Positions 12,067 to 26,332 of a DNA stretch of 64,000 bases are shown piece by piece. The DNA is taken from NCBI GenBank assembly GCA_965248445.1, contig CBDFJG010000003.1, forward strand, positions 96,001 to 160,000. Reading direction: 5' to 3'. The notes under the pieces were generated by a model. That model had not been told where the DNA came from. It saw only the letters and a list, made by a program, of their open reading frames with translations, and made no database searches. Both the position numbers and the translations under genes were made by a program. Source of the DNA: Planctomycetota bacterium. Its GTDB lineage: Bacteria > Planctomycetota > JAJSAM01 > JAJVHW01. Position 1 is the first letter of the stretch; each line of letters starts with the position of its first letter.

Positions 12067-12495
12067 ATGCGCGTCCGCACCAACGTCGCCCGACACCGCC
12101 GCCGTGCCCGCTTGCTGAAGCGTGCCAAGGGCTTCAACAGCGCCCGCAAGAACCTGCTGCGCGTAGCCAAAGACGGCGTCATGCGCGCCGCGAACTACGC
12201 GTACACCGGTCGCAAGCGCAAGAAGCGCGACTATCGCTCGCTCTGGATTCAGCGCATCAACGCCGCCGCTCGTGAGAACGGCGTCACCTACAGCCAGCTG
12301 ATCCACTTGCTCAACAAGAGCGAGATCGGCCTGGACCGCAAGGCACTCGCCGAACTCGCCGTCAACGATCCCGCCGCCTTTGGCAAGGTGGTCGAGACGG
12401 CACGCGCCAGCGCGCGTAGCGCACCGGCGCACCCACAGCTGCTGGGTCCGCGCGCTCGCGCGGCAACCTCGCGAGTTGAACGCCAACGGGCGTGA
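12067..12495 (+). CDS. rplT: 50S ribosomal protein L20 (C-terminally extended)
   Basis: YAYTGRKRKKRDYRSLWIQRINAA, DRKALAELAV. Confidence 0.96.
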   Translation: MRVRTNVARHRRRARLLKRAKGFNSARKNLLRVAKDGVMRAANYAYTGRKRKKRDYRSLWIQRINAAARENGVTYSQLIHLLNKSEIGLDRKALAELAVNDPAAFGKVVETARASARSAPAHPQLLGPRARAATSRVERQRA

Positions 12496-12606
12496 CGCCT
12501 GACTGTCCGCCTGGCAAATCGGTGCTATCCCCCTGCGCTGATAGCCTCGCGGACGCATCCCTCCACGGTTGGCCGCGCCGGTCGCCGTGACCCTGCGGAG
12601 GCACGG

Positions 12607-13689
12607 ATGTCCGGAGATACGATCCAGCAACTCGTCGCGCGGGCGGAGGCCCTGGCGGCCGACGCGGCTCCTCGCATCGTCGCCGCTGCGACTCTCGACG
12701 ACCTGGCGGTGGTGCGCGCATCACTCGTCGGGAAGAAGGGCGCGGTGAAGGCTCTCCAGCGCGAGATCTCCGCGTTGCAGCAGGACGACCGCAAGGCCGC
12801 CGGGCAAGCGGTCAATCGCGTGGCGCGTCAGATCCAAGGCGCGCTCGACGATCGCAAGGCAGAGCTGCTTGCCGTCGCGGACGAGGGCGTGCCGGATCCG
12901 ACCTTCGATCCGACGTGGCCCGGTGCGCCGATCACAACGGGTTCGCTGCACCCGGTCACGCTGGTGATCGACGAGATCCGCCGCATCTTCACGCGTCTCG
13001 GGTTCGACGAAGCCACCGGGCCGGAAGTCGAAGACGCGTGGCACAACTTCGACGCGTTGAACATCCCGTCCCATCACCCCGCGCGCGAGCCGACCGACAA
13101 CTTCTACGTCGAGGGAGGCCGGCTGCTGCGCAGCCAGGCGAGCACCGTGCAGATCCGGGTGATGGAGCAACGCAAGCCGCCGTTGCGCGTGTTCGCGCCG
13201 GGTCGCGTCTATCGCCCGGAGACCGTCGACGCGACGCACCTGTATGCGTTCCACCAGGTCGAGGGGCTGATGGTCGGGCCCGACGTGACGTTCGCCGATT
13301 TGAAAGCATGCCTCAACACGTTCGCGGAGAGCATGTACGGCGCGGACGTACAGACGCGCTTCCGTCCGTCGTACTTCCCGTTCACGGAGACGAGCGCCGA
13401 ACTCGATCTGCGCTGTCCCGCTTGCGCGCGCACAGCCGCCGCCGCGGCCGACGACGGCCTCCCCGGTTCGACGGCGTGCCACGTCTGTGGCGGCGAGGGC
13501 TGGCTGGAGATCCTCGGATGCGGGATGGTGCATCCGAACGTGCTCCGTACGGTCGGCATCGATCCGGAGGAACACACCGGGTTCGCCTTCGGCATGGGCG
13601 CCGAGCGCGTTGCGATGCGACGCTGGCAGCTCGACGACATTCGGCTTCTCGTCGAGAACGATGATCGCTTCCTCTCGCAGTTCGCCTGA
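12607..13689 (+). CDS. pheS: phenylalanine--tRNA ligase alpha subunit
   Basis: GSLHPV, NFDALNIP..HPAR, FHQVEG, RFRPSYFPFTE, GFAFGMG. Confidence 0.97.
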   Translation: MSGDTIQQLVARAEALAADAAPRIVAAATLDDLAVVRASLVGKKGAVKALQREISALQQDDRKAAGQAVNRVARQIQGALDDRKAELLAVADEGVPDPTFDPTWPGAPITTGSLHPVTLVIDEIRRIFTRLGFDEATGPEVEDAWHNFDALNIPSHHPAREPTDNFYVEGGRLLRSQASTVQIRVMEQRKPPLRVFAPGRVYRPETVDATHLYAFHQVEGLMVGPDVTFADLKACLNTFAESMYGADVQTRFRPSYFPFTETSAELDLRCPACARTAAAAADDGLPGSTACHVCGGEGWLEILGCGMVHPNVLRTVGIDPEEHTGFAFGMGAERVAMRRWQLDDIRLLVENDDRFLSQFA

Positions 13690-13707
13690 GTCCACGGAGT
13701 TCCCAGC

Positions 13708-15786
13708 ATGTTGATCTCGATCGAGTGGCTGCGGCGCTACGTGGATCTCGGAGAGACGACTCCCGGCGCGCTTGCCGAGACGCTCACGATGACTGGGTTT
13801 CCGGTTGTCGCCGCGGAGCGATTCCCCGCCGCGCCGGGACGCGCGAGCGAGGACATCCAGCTGGACGTCGAGATCACGTCGAACCGCCCCGACCTGCAGT
13901 CCCACTTGGGAGTCGCGCGGGAGGTCGCGGGGATGTTCCGCGCGCACGCGAGCCGTCCTGAAGTCCCGGACCTGCCGATTTCGCCCTCGCCGCAGGGCTT
14001 CCCGCCGTTCGACGTCGCCGTGGACGCCCCGGACCTCTGCCCGATCTACACGGCCCGGGTGATCCGTGGCGTGCAGGTCGGTCCGTCACCCGATTGGCTC
14101 GTGAGGCTGCTCGAAGCGGTGGGGCAGCGGTCCATCAACAACGTCGTAGATGTCACCAACTTCGTGCTCCTCGAATCCGGGCAGCCACTGCACGCATTCG
14201 ATCTCGCCAAGCTGCAGGGACAGCGCCTGGTGGCGCGTCGCGCCGCGGGCGAGGAGCTCACCTCGATCGACGAGAGCCGGATGACCGTGGGTGCCGACGA
14301 ACTCGTGATCGCGGACGCAGGTGGCCCGGTCGCGCTGGCGGGCGTGATGGGGGGGCTCGACAGCGAGGTCTCCGAGGCCACGACCGACGTGGTGCTCGAG
14401 TGCGCGGTGTTCGATCCGCTGGCTATTCGCCGCGCCTCACGGGCGCACCAGCTCCGCACGGAGTCGTCGTTCCGCTTCGAGCGTTTCGTGGACGCTCAGT
14501 CGGCCGTGTGGGCATCCGATCGTGCGGCCGCGTTGTTCGTCGAGGTCTGCGGCGCCACCGAGGTCGGACCCATCTGCGGCGCTGGGCCGGCGTGGGGGGG
14601 CTCGACCGGGACCTCCACCGGGACCGCCGTCACTCTGCGAACTGCGCGGGTCGAACGAGTCCTCGGGATCCCGGTCTCGGAGAGTGAGATCCGCGAGGTC
14701 CTCTCGGGCCTTGGTCTCGTGGAGAGTGAGCGCGCGGGAGACGAGGATGTCACGACGTGGGACATCCCTTCGTGGCGGCGGCACGACCTGCACGAGGAGA
14801 TCGATCTCGTCGAAGAGGTTGCGCGTCGCATCGGTTTCGACCGTATTCCCGCCACCGTTCGCATTCCGGTCCGGCCGCTGCCGAGTACACCCGTGCAGGA
14901 TGCCGTGCGGCGGTTGCGCGACGCGCTTGCCGCGGCCGGGCTGCGGGAGTGCTGCACCGAGCCGTTCGTCGGTGCCGGAGCCGGCGACATCGCACTGCTC
15001 CGAGCGTCGCCCGCGCTCAAGGTCGAGAACCCGATGCGGCACGACGAGAACCTGCTGCGCCGGTCGCTCCTCGGTCCGTTGCTGCGGGTTGTGCAGCGCA
15101 ACGAACACCGCGGTGTCGCATCCGTCCGCCTGTTCGAGATCGCCCCCGTCTACCTGCGCAAGGACGACGGGGACCCCGAGACGCTGCCGACGGAGGAGAT
15201 GTTGCTGGCGGCGGTGGTCATGAGCGGGGGATACCACAACGTGATGGCGGTGCTCGACGTCATCGCGGATGCGCTCGGCGTGCGCGAGCACCTGGCCGTG
15301 GTGGCGGGCGCTCCGGCGCCGCTCGCGTTGGATCGACGTTCCGCGCTCCGCCTCGGCGGACGGCTGCTCGGGCACGCGGGCGAGATCTCGACGCGCTGCC
15401 GGCGGGACTTCGGCCTCGCCGGCGAGATCGCCGTCCTGGAGGTGCGTGCCGACCTCCTGGCGGAGAAGAGCAGTCCTCTGAGCCAGTACGTGCCGATCTC
15501 CCGGTTCCCGGCGGTCGAACGGGACCTGGCGTTCGTGCTCGAGGAGTCGGTCGCCTGGACCGACCTGGCCAAGGTCGTGTCGCAGGCCGCCGGACCGCTC
15601 CTCGCCGGCGTCGCGCCGTTCGACCGCTATCACGGACCGCAGGTCGGCGACGGCAAGAAGAGTATCGCGCTCCGCATGGAACTGCGGTCGCACGACAAGA
15701 CGCTCACAGGCGACGCTGCGGACGCGGTCGTAGCGGACGTCGTGGCCGCCGTGACCGCGGAACTCGGTGGCGTGCTGCGCGCCTGA
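13708..15786 (+). CDS. pheT: phenylalanine--tRNA ligase beta subunit (short form)
   Basis: TSNRPD, INNVVDVTNF, GQPLHAFD, SFRFER, DLVEEVAR, FDX-ACB C-terminus. Confidence 0.96.
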   Translation: MLISIEWLRRYVDLGETTPGALAETLTMTGFPVVAAERFPAAPGRASEDIQLDVEITSNRPDLQSHLGVAREVAGMFRAHASRPEVPDLPISPSPQGFPPFDVAVDAPDLCPIYTARVIRGVQVGPSPDWLVRLLEAVGQRSINNVVDVTNFVLLESGQPLHAFDLAKLQGQRLVARRAAGEELTSIDESRMTVGADELVIADAGGPVALAGVMGGLDSEVSEATTDVVLECAVFDPLAIRRASRAHQLRTESSFRFERFVDAQSAVWASDRAAALFVEVCGATEVGPICGAGPAWGGSTGTSTGTAVTLRTARVERVLGIPVSESEIREVLSGLGLVESERAGDEDVTTWDIPSWRRHDLHEEIDLVEEVARRIGFDRIPATVRIPVRPLPSTPVQDAVRRLRDALAAAGLRECCTEPFVGAGAGDIALLRASPALKVENPMRHDENLLRRSLLGPLLRVVQRNEHRGVASVRLFEIAPVYLRKDDGDPETLPTEEMLLAAVVMSGGYHNVMAVLDVIADALGVREHLAVVAGAPAPLALDRRSALRLGGRLLGHAGEISTRCRRDFGLAGEIAVLEVRADLLAEKSSPLSQYVPISRFPAVERDLAFVLEESVAWTDLAKVVSQAAGPLLAGVAPFDRYHGPQVGDGKKSIALRMELRSHDKTLTGDAADAVVADVVAAVTAELGGVLRA

Positions 15787-15834
15787 GCCGCGCGTCTGAG
15801 CACATGCGCCCCCGCGCAGGTGATACACTCCCGC

Positions 15835-16009
15835 CGTTCTGCCATGCTCGATCACGGCCCCGTATCTCCTGAGCCTATAAATACAACTCAGGGCATCGTC
15901 TGGATGGACCGGCCAGCTGCCCCCGTGCAGGGTGGCGGAGTTCAGCCGACCACGCCCACCTGAGCCTCTCGGTTCAGAGAAACCGGCCGACCGGCATTGC
16001 GGCGGAGCG
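15835..16009 (+). ncRNA. ssrS: probable 6S RNA
   Basis: ~175 nt after pheT; 5' CGTTCTGCC/ATGC/GGCC/CTGAGCC pair with 3' GGTTCAG/GGCC/GCAT/GGCGGAGCG; AT-rich bubble TATAAATACAA opposite CCCACC; extended -10 TGATACACT at 15821. Confidence 0.7.
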
Positions 16010-16220
16010 TTCACGACGGGCGTGCGTCCGAGAGGGCGCGCGCCCGCTCGATTCCCGCCGGCTCGATTCCCGCGCAGTGCCGACGCCCGTGTGTCAGCGG
16101 TACACGGACTCTGCGGTTCCCTGCTGTGCGATTCCTTCCGCGCCAGGGGGTGACGAAAACCACGAGATGTCGTACGATTTGCGCCTTGCACCACGAGGGG
16201 TGGTGTCGCGCGAGGTGAGC

Positions 16221-17300
16221 ATGCGGGGAATCTTCGCTGTCGTTCTCGCCGCCGGCGTCGGTGCCGCGGCGTTCGTGCTGGCAAATCGCAACGAGGATCC
16301 GGCTCGCACGGACGACGACGCTGCGGCGAGGCTGCGCGCGGCGGATCCCCCCACGGGCACCGCGCCGCCAGCCCGGATTGCGAATGCCGGCGGGCGTGCG
16401 GACGATCAACGCGTGGCCGGCCTCGTTGCCCGATGCCGGGCACTGGTCACCGCAGGCGATCTCCACGGCGCAGCGCGTGTCGTGGCGGAGTCTCCGAGCA
16501 GCGTGAGCGACACGCGGGTACGGCGGATCGCGCTTGGACTCGCCGAGCGCCTCGCCAAGGATGCCGACACGAACGCCGCCGCCGGTTCCGAGAAGGGGTC
16601 CACGCCCAATCGACTCGCCGCGCGCCATCTCGCAGGCCTCGTGTTCGCCAGCGAGTCGGCGACCGCCGCGGAGCGCGATCGCGCATACGAGCTCTCTCGC
16701 GCGCTGCACCGGGTGCTCCTGTACGGGCACTCGGCCCCGGAGGACGTCGTCCTGCGGCACCGCGTCAAGTCCGGCGAACTCGTCTGGAACCTGTCCAAGG
16801 GCGCCTGGCGCCGGGCCGGCATCACCGTCGCTCCGGGTTTCGTGCTCCACGTCAACGGGATATCCGATGCCCGTAGGGTCCGCGCCGGCAAGACCCTGCG
16901 CGTTCCGCGTGAAGAACTGACCCTGCTCGTCCGGAAGTCGAGTTTCGAGCTGACTGTGCTCCTGGGCGGCGCCCCCGTCGAGCGATTCAGGATCGGGATC
17001 GGTGCCAGCGGCAGCAGCACACCGGCGGGACGCGTGACTGTCCAGACCAAGCTGAAGAACCCCGACTGGTACTTCGACGGCCGCCGGATCCCGTTCGACG
17101 ACCCCGAGAACCTGATCGGGACCCGCTGGATGGGCTTCGAGGGCGACGCGCAGGCCGAGGGCATCGGCATCCACGGCACGTCCGACGAGTCCACGATTGG
17201 CAAGGCGCTCTCGGCAGGCTGCATCCGCATGCACCGGGCAGACGTCGAGCGCATGTTCGAGTGGGTGGCGTTGGGCACCCGCGTCGACGTCCGCGACTGA
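16221..17300 (+). CDS. L,D-transpeptidase with LysM-like domain
   Basis: N-terminal TM; HRVKSGE..W..S LysM-like segment; GTRWMGF..IGIHGT..SAGCIRM YkuD motif. Confidence 0.9.
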   Translation: MRGIFAVVLAAGVGAAAFVLANRNEDPARTDDDAAARLRAADPPTGTAPPARIANAGGRADDQRVAGLVARCRALVTAGDLHGAARVVAESPSSVSDTRVRRIALGLAERLAKDADTNAAAGSEKGSTPNRLAARHLAGLVFASESATAAERDRAYELSRALHRVLLYGHSAPEDVVLRHRVKSGELVWNLSKGAWRRAGITVAPGFVLHVNGISDARRVRAGKTLRVPREELTLLVRKSSFELTVLLGGAPVERFRIGIGASGSSTPAGRVTVQTKLKNPDWYFDGRRIPFDDPENLIGTRWMGFEGDAQAEGIGIHGTSDESTIGKALSAGCIRMHRADVERMFEWVALGTRVDVRD

Positions 17301-17402
17301 GCGCCCCGTCCGCCAACGCTCCCCCGGGCGCCAACGCTCGCCGCTCGCCACCCTCCCCGGGCGACAGCTCTGCATCAATCGGGGCGGGGCCGTCAGGGCC
17401 CG

Positions 17403-18077
17403 TCAGGCGGGCGCGGACCAGGTTCGTGGGGCGCCGATCGAGACGACCTCGATCCGGCCCGTGTGCTCCGCAGCGCCCGGCGCCGCGAATCCGACCTTCG
17501 GCGCCACGAACGTCGCCGTGACCGTTGCCCGCACGCACGCTCCGAGTGGCTCGCCGGTGTCGCAATCCAGGCCGGACGGGACATCCAGCGCCAGCACGTC
17601 GCTCCCGCTGCCGTTGATCGTCTGGACGATCCCGGCCGCAAGGCCGTCGAGCGGGCGATCCAGACCCGTGCCGAACAGCCCGTCGACCAGGAGGTCCGCG
17701 GCTCCCGCCGCCGCGGCCACACGCTCTTGTGCGGCCGCTTCCCGCAGGTCGAGCACAGGAAAGCCCATGGCCCGAACGATCGTGAGCTGCACACCCGCAT
17801 CTTCGCGCGGATCCGTCCCGTCACGAGGCCCCAGGAGTGCGATCCGGATGCTGTAGTCGGCCAGTGCCAGGTGCCGCGCTACGACAAGCGCGTCCCCGCC
17901 GTTCTGACCGGGCCCGGCCACGACGAACACATCTCCCGCGCGGCCGTCGAGCATCGCGACGGCGACCCGCGCGGCGCCGGCTCCAGCGTTCTCCATCAGG
18001 CAGATCGAGGGGATGCGGTACCGCTCCGTCGCCGTCCGATCGACGGCCCGAGAGTCTTCTCGCGAGATCGGTCCCAT
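17403..18077 (-). CDS. nnrE: NAD(P)H-hydrate epimerase (YjeF N)
   Basis: LMENAG, GPGQNGGD, VDGLFGTG, ALDVPSG, TATFVAPK. Confidence 0.92.
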   Translation of the reverse strand: MGPISREDSRAVDRTATERYRIPSICLMENAGAGAARVAVAMLDGRAGDVFVVAGPGQNGGDALVVARHLALADYSIRIALLGPRDGTDPREDAGVQLTIVRAMGFPVLDLREAAAQERVAAAAGAADLLVDGLFGTGLDRPLDGLAAGIVQTINGSGSDVLALDVPSGLDCDTGEPLGACVRATVTATFVAPKVGFAAPGAAEHTGRIEVVSIGAPRTWSAPA

Positions 18078-18236
18078 TCCACTTCCTCCGGGCCGGACCG
18101 AACCTACACTCTGCCGCTCGCATGAGGGAGCCGCGGCCAACGCCGGGACGTCCTCGAGCCTCTTCTCGCCGGTTCCGACTGCCCGGACACTTCCAGCCTG
18201 GAAATTGCGAATTTCCTGACAGGAGGGTCCGAAAAG

Positions 18237-18390
18237 TTGGAGCCCGGCAAGCCCAGAGGTAAATTGCGGCGCTGCGCTTCTCACGGGACCCAGAGTCCCC
18301 GTGACTCAGCCCTTCTGCTCACGCGGATGGCGCTGTGACCGAGGAGAGCAACGGCCGGCGGGGTTGACCCCGCCGGCCGCACTTTGAAAA
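18237..18390 (+). promoter_or_regulatory. putative rrn promoter (TTGGAG-N17-TAAATT) and boxA-like GCACTTTGAAAA
   Basis: hexamers upstream of the 16S leader; similar boxA-like ATCCTTGAAAA at ~20482 in the ITS. Confidence 0.5.
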
Positions 18391-18595
18391 CAGGAGCCTG
18401 TGAAAAGTACGTGAGCTCGCGGAGTGCCCTCCGAAGCTCGGCCTTCTCCTTTTGGATGGGTCCGAGTGGAGGGGGAAACAATGCGAAATGAGTACGGCCG
18501 GCCCGACGGGGAAACCCGAACGGACGGTCGGCGACCCATATAAATTGTGATTGGTTCATCCGCTTACGCGGACGAACCGTCAACAGGAAAAACTC

Positions 18596-20155
<1,560 letters not shown>

Positions 20156-20780
20156 TGGGGATATCCAGAACGGCGCCTCGAAGGCTTCGGCCGGAGAGGT
20201 GACGATGATCGGACCTTCGCGTAGCAAGCGTGCCTCACAGGCTCCTACTCAGACCGCGTCCGAGCGGGTCGGTCTCCCCCGGGGTTCTTTTCCCGGGGAG
20301 TCGCCGGCCCGCTCGGCACGCATCGGTCGCGCGCGCGCGAGAGCGCTCGCTGGACCGATGCGGCGCGCATCGTCACTCTTCTGGGGGTCACCCTCCGGCT
20401 GAACGATGCCGCGGCCGCCACCTGCCCGTCCCTCGAGGACGCGCCCGTCGTGCGAACACGGGTGAGCTCAAGGGCAGGGCCATCCTTGAAAACCGAATAG
20501 TGGCAACAATCAAGTGCTTCTCGGCACGTTGGGCCCGAATTTCTGGCTCATCCCGTTAAACGGATGACGTCTGTTATCCCAATTCCGTCCGCAACAGCGG
20601 ACGGCGGCCCGCGTGCCATTCGAAAGAAAGAATGCCGAGAGCGTTAAAAGGCTCGCACCTCGTGGCGACCATCATCTATCCGACTCTGAAACGAATGGAC
20701 TCATCCGCTTGCGGGTGAGCCACCGTGAGGCTGGGAATCCGGGCAACCGGCGACTCGGCCTCGGACGGGAACGAAATGGT

Positions 20781-23788
<3,008 letters not shown>

Positions 23789-23957
23789 GCCGCGTTCCTC
23801 GCTCCATCCGCCTCGAGAGTTCTTCTCGGGCGGCGGACGAAGACGCGGAGAGGTCGTCACGAAGAGAACGACCTTTTATAACTCTCGGCGAGATTGCACT
23901 TGTGCGGCTCCAACTTTGGAGTCGCGCGTTGCCACTGTTCAGGACATCTACAAAGAT

Positions 23958-24072
23958 TCCTGGTGGTCATAGCGGTTGGGACACACCCGTTCCCATTCCG
24001 AACACGGCCGTTAAGCCGACCGCGCCGATGGTACTGTGGTGGATTCCACGGGAGAGTAGGTCGCCGCCAGGA
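23958..24072 (+). rRNA. rrf: 5S rRNA
   Basis: TCCTGGTGG...CCCATTCCGAAC...GAGAGTAGGTCGCCGCCAGGA. Confidence 0.97.
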
Positions 24073-24079
24073 TCCGATC

Positions 24080-24112
24080 ACAGCCCCGCTTCGTGAGAAG
24101 CGGGGCTGTTTC
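24080..24112 (+). terminator. rho-independent terminator-like hairpin after 5S
   Basis: ACAGCCCCGCTTC-GTGA-GAAGCGGGGCTGT then TTC. Confidence 0.75.
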
Positions 24113-24353
24113 AACTTGGCTCGTCCGCTGACGCGCACGACGCCTTGGTGGCGAGCGGCATTGACTCTGGGTCGTCGTCGGATGACGACGACGCGGTTCG
24201 TGCGTTGGTACGGGCGGTTGCCGCAGGTGCCTGTGTCGGCCGGCGGGGCCGGGCCGGCGTGTCGGGTGCGGCGCGGGGGCGCCAGCGGTGCTCCCGCACC
24301 GAGGGTTTTCCTGGGTGGGTGCCAGGCACCTTCCTAGCCTGCTCGGCCCGTGT

Positions 24354-24430
24354 GGGCGGCTAGCTCAGTTGGTTAGAGCGCGCGCCTGATAAGCGCGAGG
24401 TCGGTGGTTCGAATCCACTGTCGCCCACCA
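24354..24430 (+). tRNA. tRNA-Ile(GAT)
   Basis: cloverleaf, anticodon loop CTGATAA, TTCGAAT, encoded CCA. Confidence 0.97.
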
Positions 24431-24559
24431 CCAGCACTCCTGGCTTCGCAGTGGGCGAGCCGGTGCACGGCGTCCCCCGGACATCGCGGGGCGCGGATCC
24501 GCAGGACACCGGTCGTGCCCCTCGGGCGCTCACGGAGCCACGAGGGGACAGAACGGACA

Positions 24560-24632
24560 GGGGGCGTAGCTCAGTTGGTAGAGCGGCGGCTTTGCAAGTC
24601 GTAGGTCGCCGGTTCGAATCCGGCCGTCTCCA
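24560..24632 (+). tRNA. tRNA-Ala(TGC)
   Basis: cloverleaf with G3:U70, anticodon loop TTTGCAA; followed by CCG, so CCA is not encoded. Confidence 0.95.
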
Positions 24633-24680
24633 CCGTGCGCCTCTCTCAGGCGCTGGCGGTGGCGGGCGGTGGCGTCGCGG

Positions 24681-24800
24681 GGTCGGCACGCCATCGGGCA
24701 GGACCGCCGTCGTGACCGCACGACAGCGCCGGCACCGCGCCTTGTGCAGCCGGTGCTCCCGCACCGTGACGAGCACGCGCGGGAGCACCGTCACCTGGTG
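24681..24800 (-). repeat. exact 120-bp inverted copy of transposase-internal segment 25260-25379
   Basis: base-by-base reverse complement; identity ends sharply at both sides. Confidence 0.92.
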
Positions 24801-24832
24801 GGGTCCCGCGGGAGGCGCACCCCGATGACAAC

Positions 24833-26332
24833 GTAACCGTTCACCCCTTCGTCGCGAGCCAGGATCCAGATCGTTCGGCCATCGGTCGATCAAGATGTTG
24901 TGGGCGAGCGGCAGGACGAGGATCTGCGGGCGATGGTCGAGGGCCTTCTGGCCTGGATCGAGGAGTTGGAGCGTCGCGAAGCGAAGCATCTGCGCCGCAT
25001 CGACGAGCTCGAGTCGCGTCTGAAGCGTGACTCCCGCAACAGCTCGAGGCCTCCGTCGTCGGACCCGGCGTGGTCCAAGCGCCGTCGCGGCCGAAGGCCG
25101 CGTAGCGGTCGCCAGCAGGGCGGACAGCCGGGCCATGAGGGCACGGCGCGCGAGCTGGTGGATCCGTCCAACGTCGATGAGACCAAGGACCACCGTCCCG
25201 ACCTCTGCGACGCGTGCGGACACGACGATCTCGAGCAGGGCATCGGCGATCCGTACCGGCACCAGGTGACGGTGCTCCCGCGCGTGCTCGTCACGGTGCG
25301 GGAGCACCGGCTGCACAAGGCGCGGTGCCGGCGCTGTCGTGCGGTCACGACGGCGGTCCTGCCCGATGGCGTGCCGACCGGGGCCTTCGGTCCGCGGCTG
25401 ACCACACTTGCCGGCGCGCTGCGCGGCGTGTACCGCGTGAGCGTGCGGGAGACGCAGCGGCTGCTCGGTGAGATCTTCGGTGTGAAGATGTCGCTGGGCA
25501 AGATCAGCGACTGTGAGCGTCGGCTCAGTGACGCTCTGCACTCGTCGTACCTCGAAGCCCTCGGGGCAGTCCGCACGTCGCTGCGAGCCAACGTGGACGA
25601 GACGTCGTGGAAGGAACGGGGCCGGGTGTGCTGGCTGTGGGCGGCGGAGAGCGAGCACGCCACAGCCTTCGGGATCGATCGCCGCCGCAGTGCCAAGGCG
25701 AAAGGGCGGCTGATCGGGCGGCGCTTCGGTGGCACGGTGATCAGCGACCGGATGGGTGCCTACGAGTCACACCCACTTGCCCGCCGCCAGCTCTGCTGGG
25801 CGCACATCGAGCGCGCCTTCCGTGCGCTGGCCGAAGGCCCGCGAGGACATCGCCGCTTCGGCAACAAGGGCGTCATGATCGCGCAGTCGGTCATGCGCAG
25901 CTACCGGCTCTTCGGTGAGCACGGCGACCGTGACCGGCTGCAAGGCGAAGCCGCTGTGCTGCGCGGACGGCTCGAGCGACTGATCGCGAACGACGACTCG
26001 GCTCTGGCCAACCATCTGCGCCCCCGCGTGGTCGCCCTCTTCACCTATGCGCGGACCCAGGACGTGAGTCCGACGAACAACGCCGCCGAGCGCGCGGTCC
26101 GCAAAGCGGTGCTCTGGCGCAAGGGCTCCTTCGGAAGCCAGTCCGCTCGCGGACTCCGCTTCGCCGAGCGCGTGTTGACCGCCGCGGCCACGCTGCGACG
26201 CCGTGGCGACCAAGTCTTCGACTTCCTCGCCGACTCGGTCGCCGCGCACCTCACCGGCGCCGACCCGCCCGTCATGGTCCCGCTGCCCGTCGCACGCTGA
26301 GGCTCACACGCTGTCAAGGGGTGAACGGTTAC
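24833..26332 (+). mobile_element. IS66-family element A (single ORF, ISBst12-like organisation)
   Basis: perfect 17-bp IRs GTAACCGTTCACCCCTT / AAGGGGTGAACGGTTAC; no TSD seen. Confidence 0.92.
24900..26300 (+). CDS. tnpC: IS66 family transposase
   Basis: NSSRPPSSD, GGQPGHEG, Zn finger, DET, QLCWAH, PTNNAAERAVR. Confidence 0.95.
   Translation: MGERQDEDLRAMVEGLLAWIEELERREAKHLRRIDELESRLKRDSRNSSRPPSSDPAWSKRRRGRRPRSGRQQGGQPGHEGTARELVDPSNVDETKDHRPDLCDACGHDDLEQGIGDPYRHQVTVLPRVLVTVREHRLHKARCRRCRAVTTAVLPDGVPTGAFGPRLTTLAGALRGVYRVSVRETQRLLGEIFGVKMSLGKISDCERRLSDALHSSYLEALGAVRTSLRANVDETSWKERGRVCWLWAAESEHATAFGIDRRRSAKAKGRLIGRRFGGTVISDRMGAYESHPLARRQLCWAHIERAFRALAEGPRGHRRFGNKGVMIAQSVMRSYRLFGEHGDRDRLQGEAAVLRGRLERLIANDDSALANHLRPRVVALFTYARTQDVSPTNNAAERAVRKAVLWRKGSFGSQSARGLRFAERVLTAAATLRRRGDQVFDFLADSVAAHLTGADPPVMVPLPVAR

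Noticed and set aside
24286..24301. 16-bp hairpin CGGTGCTCCCGCACCG also present in the inverted transposase fragment
   Set aside because: Short, self-complementary and GC-rich; cannot be distinguished from coincidence
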